Shown in pieces: positions 62,160 to 64,000 of a stretch of DNA of 64,000 bases; the stretch's first letter is position 1; each line of letters starts with the position of its first letter. The translations under genes and the position numbers were made by a program. The DNA is taken from assembly GCA_047495785.1 (NCBI GenBank), contig JBLDXI010000023.1:1-64000 (forward strand). Reading direction: 5' to 3'. This DNA comes from Lepidodermella squamata. Taxonomy: Eukaryota > Animalia > Gastrotricha. Under the pieces are notes generated by a model. It made no database searches. It saw only the letters and a list, made by a program, of their open reading frames with translations, and was not told the DNA's origin.

Positions 62160-62752
62160 TAGTTGTACTTTTTGATACTCGCCTTGTGAGTTAAATGGGG
62201 GTTTCGGCTGTTGCGTTTTATTGCACTTCGTTCTCTACTATTATGATTGCACGACGGCCGTGTGGTAAGTGGTAATATGTAAGCGAGCAATCGGCCGCCG
62301 AAAATTCAATTCTGTCATTTTGAGAACGCACCACTGTCTGAATTTGGAACTTGAAACGCAGACATTTATGTGAAAACAACTCGCCTACTCTTCAATATAT
62401 CAAAGGCTGTTACGAAGCCCGAGTTCTCGTTTCACATCAGGTACAAATACTCACAAATTAAGGTGTTGAATTGCCGATCGGACTGCTCACCTAATCCGGA
62501 AAACCAAACGGAAACATTACGCTGAGTGTGAAGTGGTCGGCGACTCGCTAATGGGCCTTGGAGTCAGGCGATGTCTGAGAATAAATGAATCGTGGACCTT
62601 CCAATAATAAATGGCGCAGTAGAAAAAAGGATTTTCTTCATGAGGGGGAATGGCATGCGAATGCATCCCATTTCGCCCTCCCCTTCAAATCCGCCGCACC
62701 TCTATATCTTCGCTCCCGATCAAGTGTTTAATAACAGACAGTCGCATCAAGT

Positions 62753-64000
62753 ATGCTTTGTACATCTTTTTCCGTGTATGCGATAATTCTAAGCGCAGCT
62801 GCGTATGCTGCGCTGCTCGGCCTCAACGAACCGATGCCGAGCGTCATCGCTTTGGCTGACACCAGCAATTCGACGCGCTCGACTGTTCGCGTGCTGACAA
62901 CCATGACGTACACGGGCGTATTCCCGGGCGGGCCGCTGTGCACCGTCGCCACAGAGGCAGCTCTTGTAACTGCGCCAAATGCCGAACTGGCTGCCGGACT
63001 ACAACTTAGAATTCGAGCTCTTCGACGACCAAGTGAGTATACGTCGATATTTGTATGAAACTAAAACTAGTGTCGTGTAACCACGCAGTGCAATGATGGC
63101 TTTGGAGTCAGCGGGGTGGTGCAGCGGTTGCGGTACAACGACGTGGCAGATCACCGCCTGCCGATTTTCATGCCCTCAGAATGCGCCGCACAGGGCCAAG
63201 GTCTCGCGGCCATGGCTTTGCGACATTTCGACGTCATAGGGGTACGTTTATTCATTGGTTGGTACTAAGGCCACGCGAAAGAACATTTCAAGTTGGAAAT
63301 AAGAACCATCGAAATGGCAATAATTGAATCACTTGAACTAGATTCATCAGTTGATGCTTGAAGCATAGCTTTCTCCCGTTTTTTTCAATTGTAACGTATC
63401 CGCAACCTTCGTTTTATAAAGACTCCGTCTTTTACTGTTTCAAAGATTGCCATTTTCCCGCTATCAGTCGATGTGGCTCTCAATCGCAAGAAATTCGACC
63501 ACCTGGTGGCGTTGGGCGAGCAGCCGGACTTTTACTACGCAGCCATGGTCGATTTCGTTGTCGCCATGAACTGGACCCGCGTCGCCGCTCTCTCCGAGAT
63601 CGTACCTCTCTTCAACATTGTAATCTCTTTCATGGCTCTGACGCGCATTCTATCATGTTGTAAGATCTGTTTATTTTCAATAGCTTGATTCGTTCCTGGT
63701 GCAGCACCTGGACAAGCATCACATCCAGCTGATCTACATGGAGCAGATCAGCTTCGAGTTTGACGTGCGGTCGTTCTCGCTCGAGGAATTCCGATCGAGA
63801 GACGCGCGCATCATGGTGATCAGTGTTTTCGAGGGCGCTCTCGCCGCCTGCGTGCTGCATCGCAACGGCTTCCACGGGCGCAAGTTCGTGTTCCTATTCT
63901 TCGGCTGGGACAACATCGGCGAGCCGCCGTATATTCCGCCCGAGGCCGCTGAGTGGTGCACGCGAGACATGGTCTACGAAGTTCTCAAGTCGGTCATCCG
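62753..64000 (+). pseudogene. GABA-B-type class C GPCR, copy 6 (5' part; frameshifted as written); exons 62753-63032, 63089-63241, 63446-63619, 63684 to window end
   Basis: Homologous to copy 4. Two bases are missing at about 62965-62972 (gctcttgtaactgcgc versus gctcttgctaacctgaga), giving a net -2 frameshift. This is either a young pseudogene or an assembly error. Confidence 0.72.

Overview
Eukaryotic, very probably invertebrate animal, genomic DNA with many short (45-65 nt) spliceosomal introns; the species cannot be identified from the sequence. The left part (1-27092) is a highly homogeneous 174-bp tandem satellite of roughly 115 monomers. It is interrupted by a young, full-length Ty3/Gypsy LTR retrotransposon (10661-17086) with apparently non-canonical TA...TA termini, and by two solo LTRs at the identical monomer position with 1012-bp periodicity. 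The right part is gene-dense. It holds (i) a Rho-family protein with all five G motifs degenerate and an N-myristoylation motif instead of a CAAX box, and (ii) a tandem array of six GABA-B-type class C GPCR paralogues: four intact, one pseudogene and one frameshifted copy running off the window. The intact receptors keep the Venus-flytrap + 7TM fold but lack the canonical GABA-contact residues, and the array shows mosaic gene conversion. Also present are an intact two-ORF LINE, an intronless secreted PQQ-like beta-propeller gene of prokaryotic appearance, and several non-autonomous DNA transposons. The best candidate for an undescribed system is the diversifying GABA-B-derived receptor array, a putative chemosensory family. 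All gene models and alignments were derived by eye.
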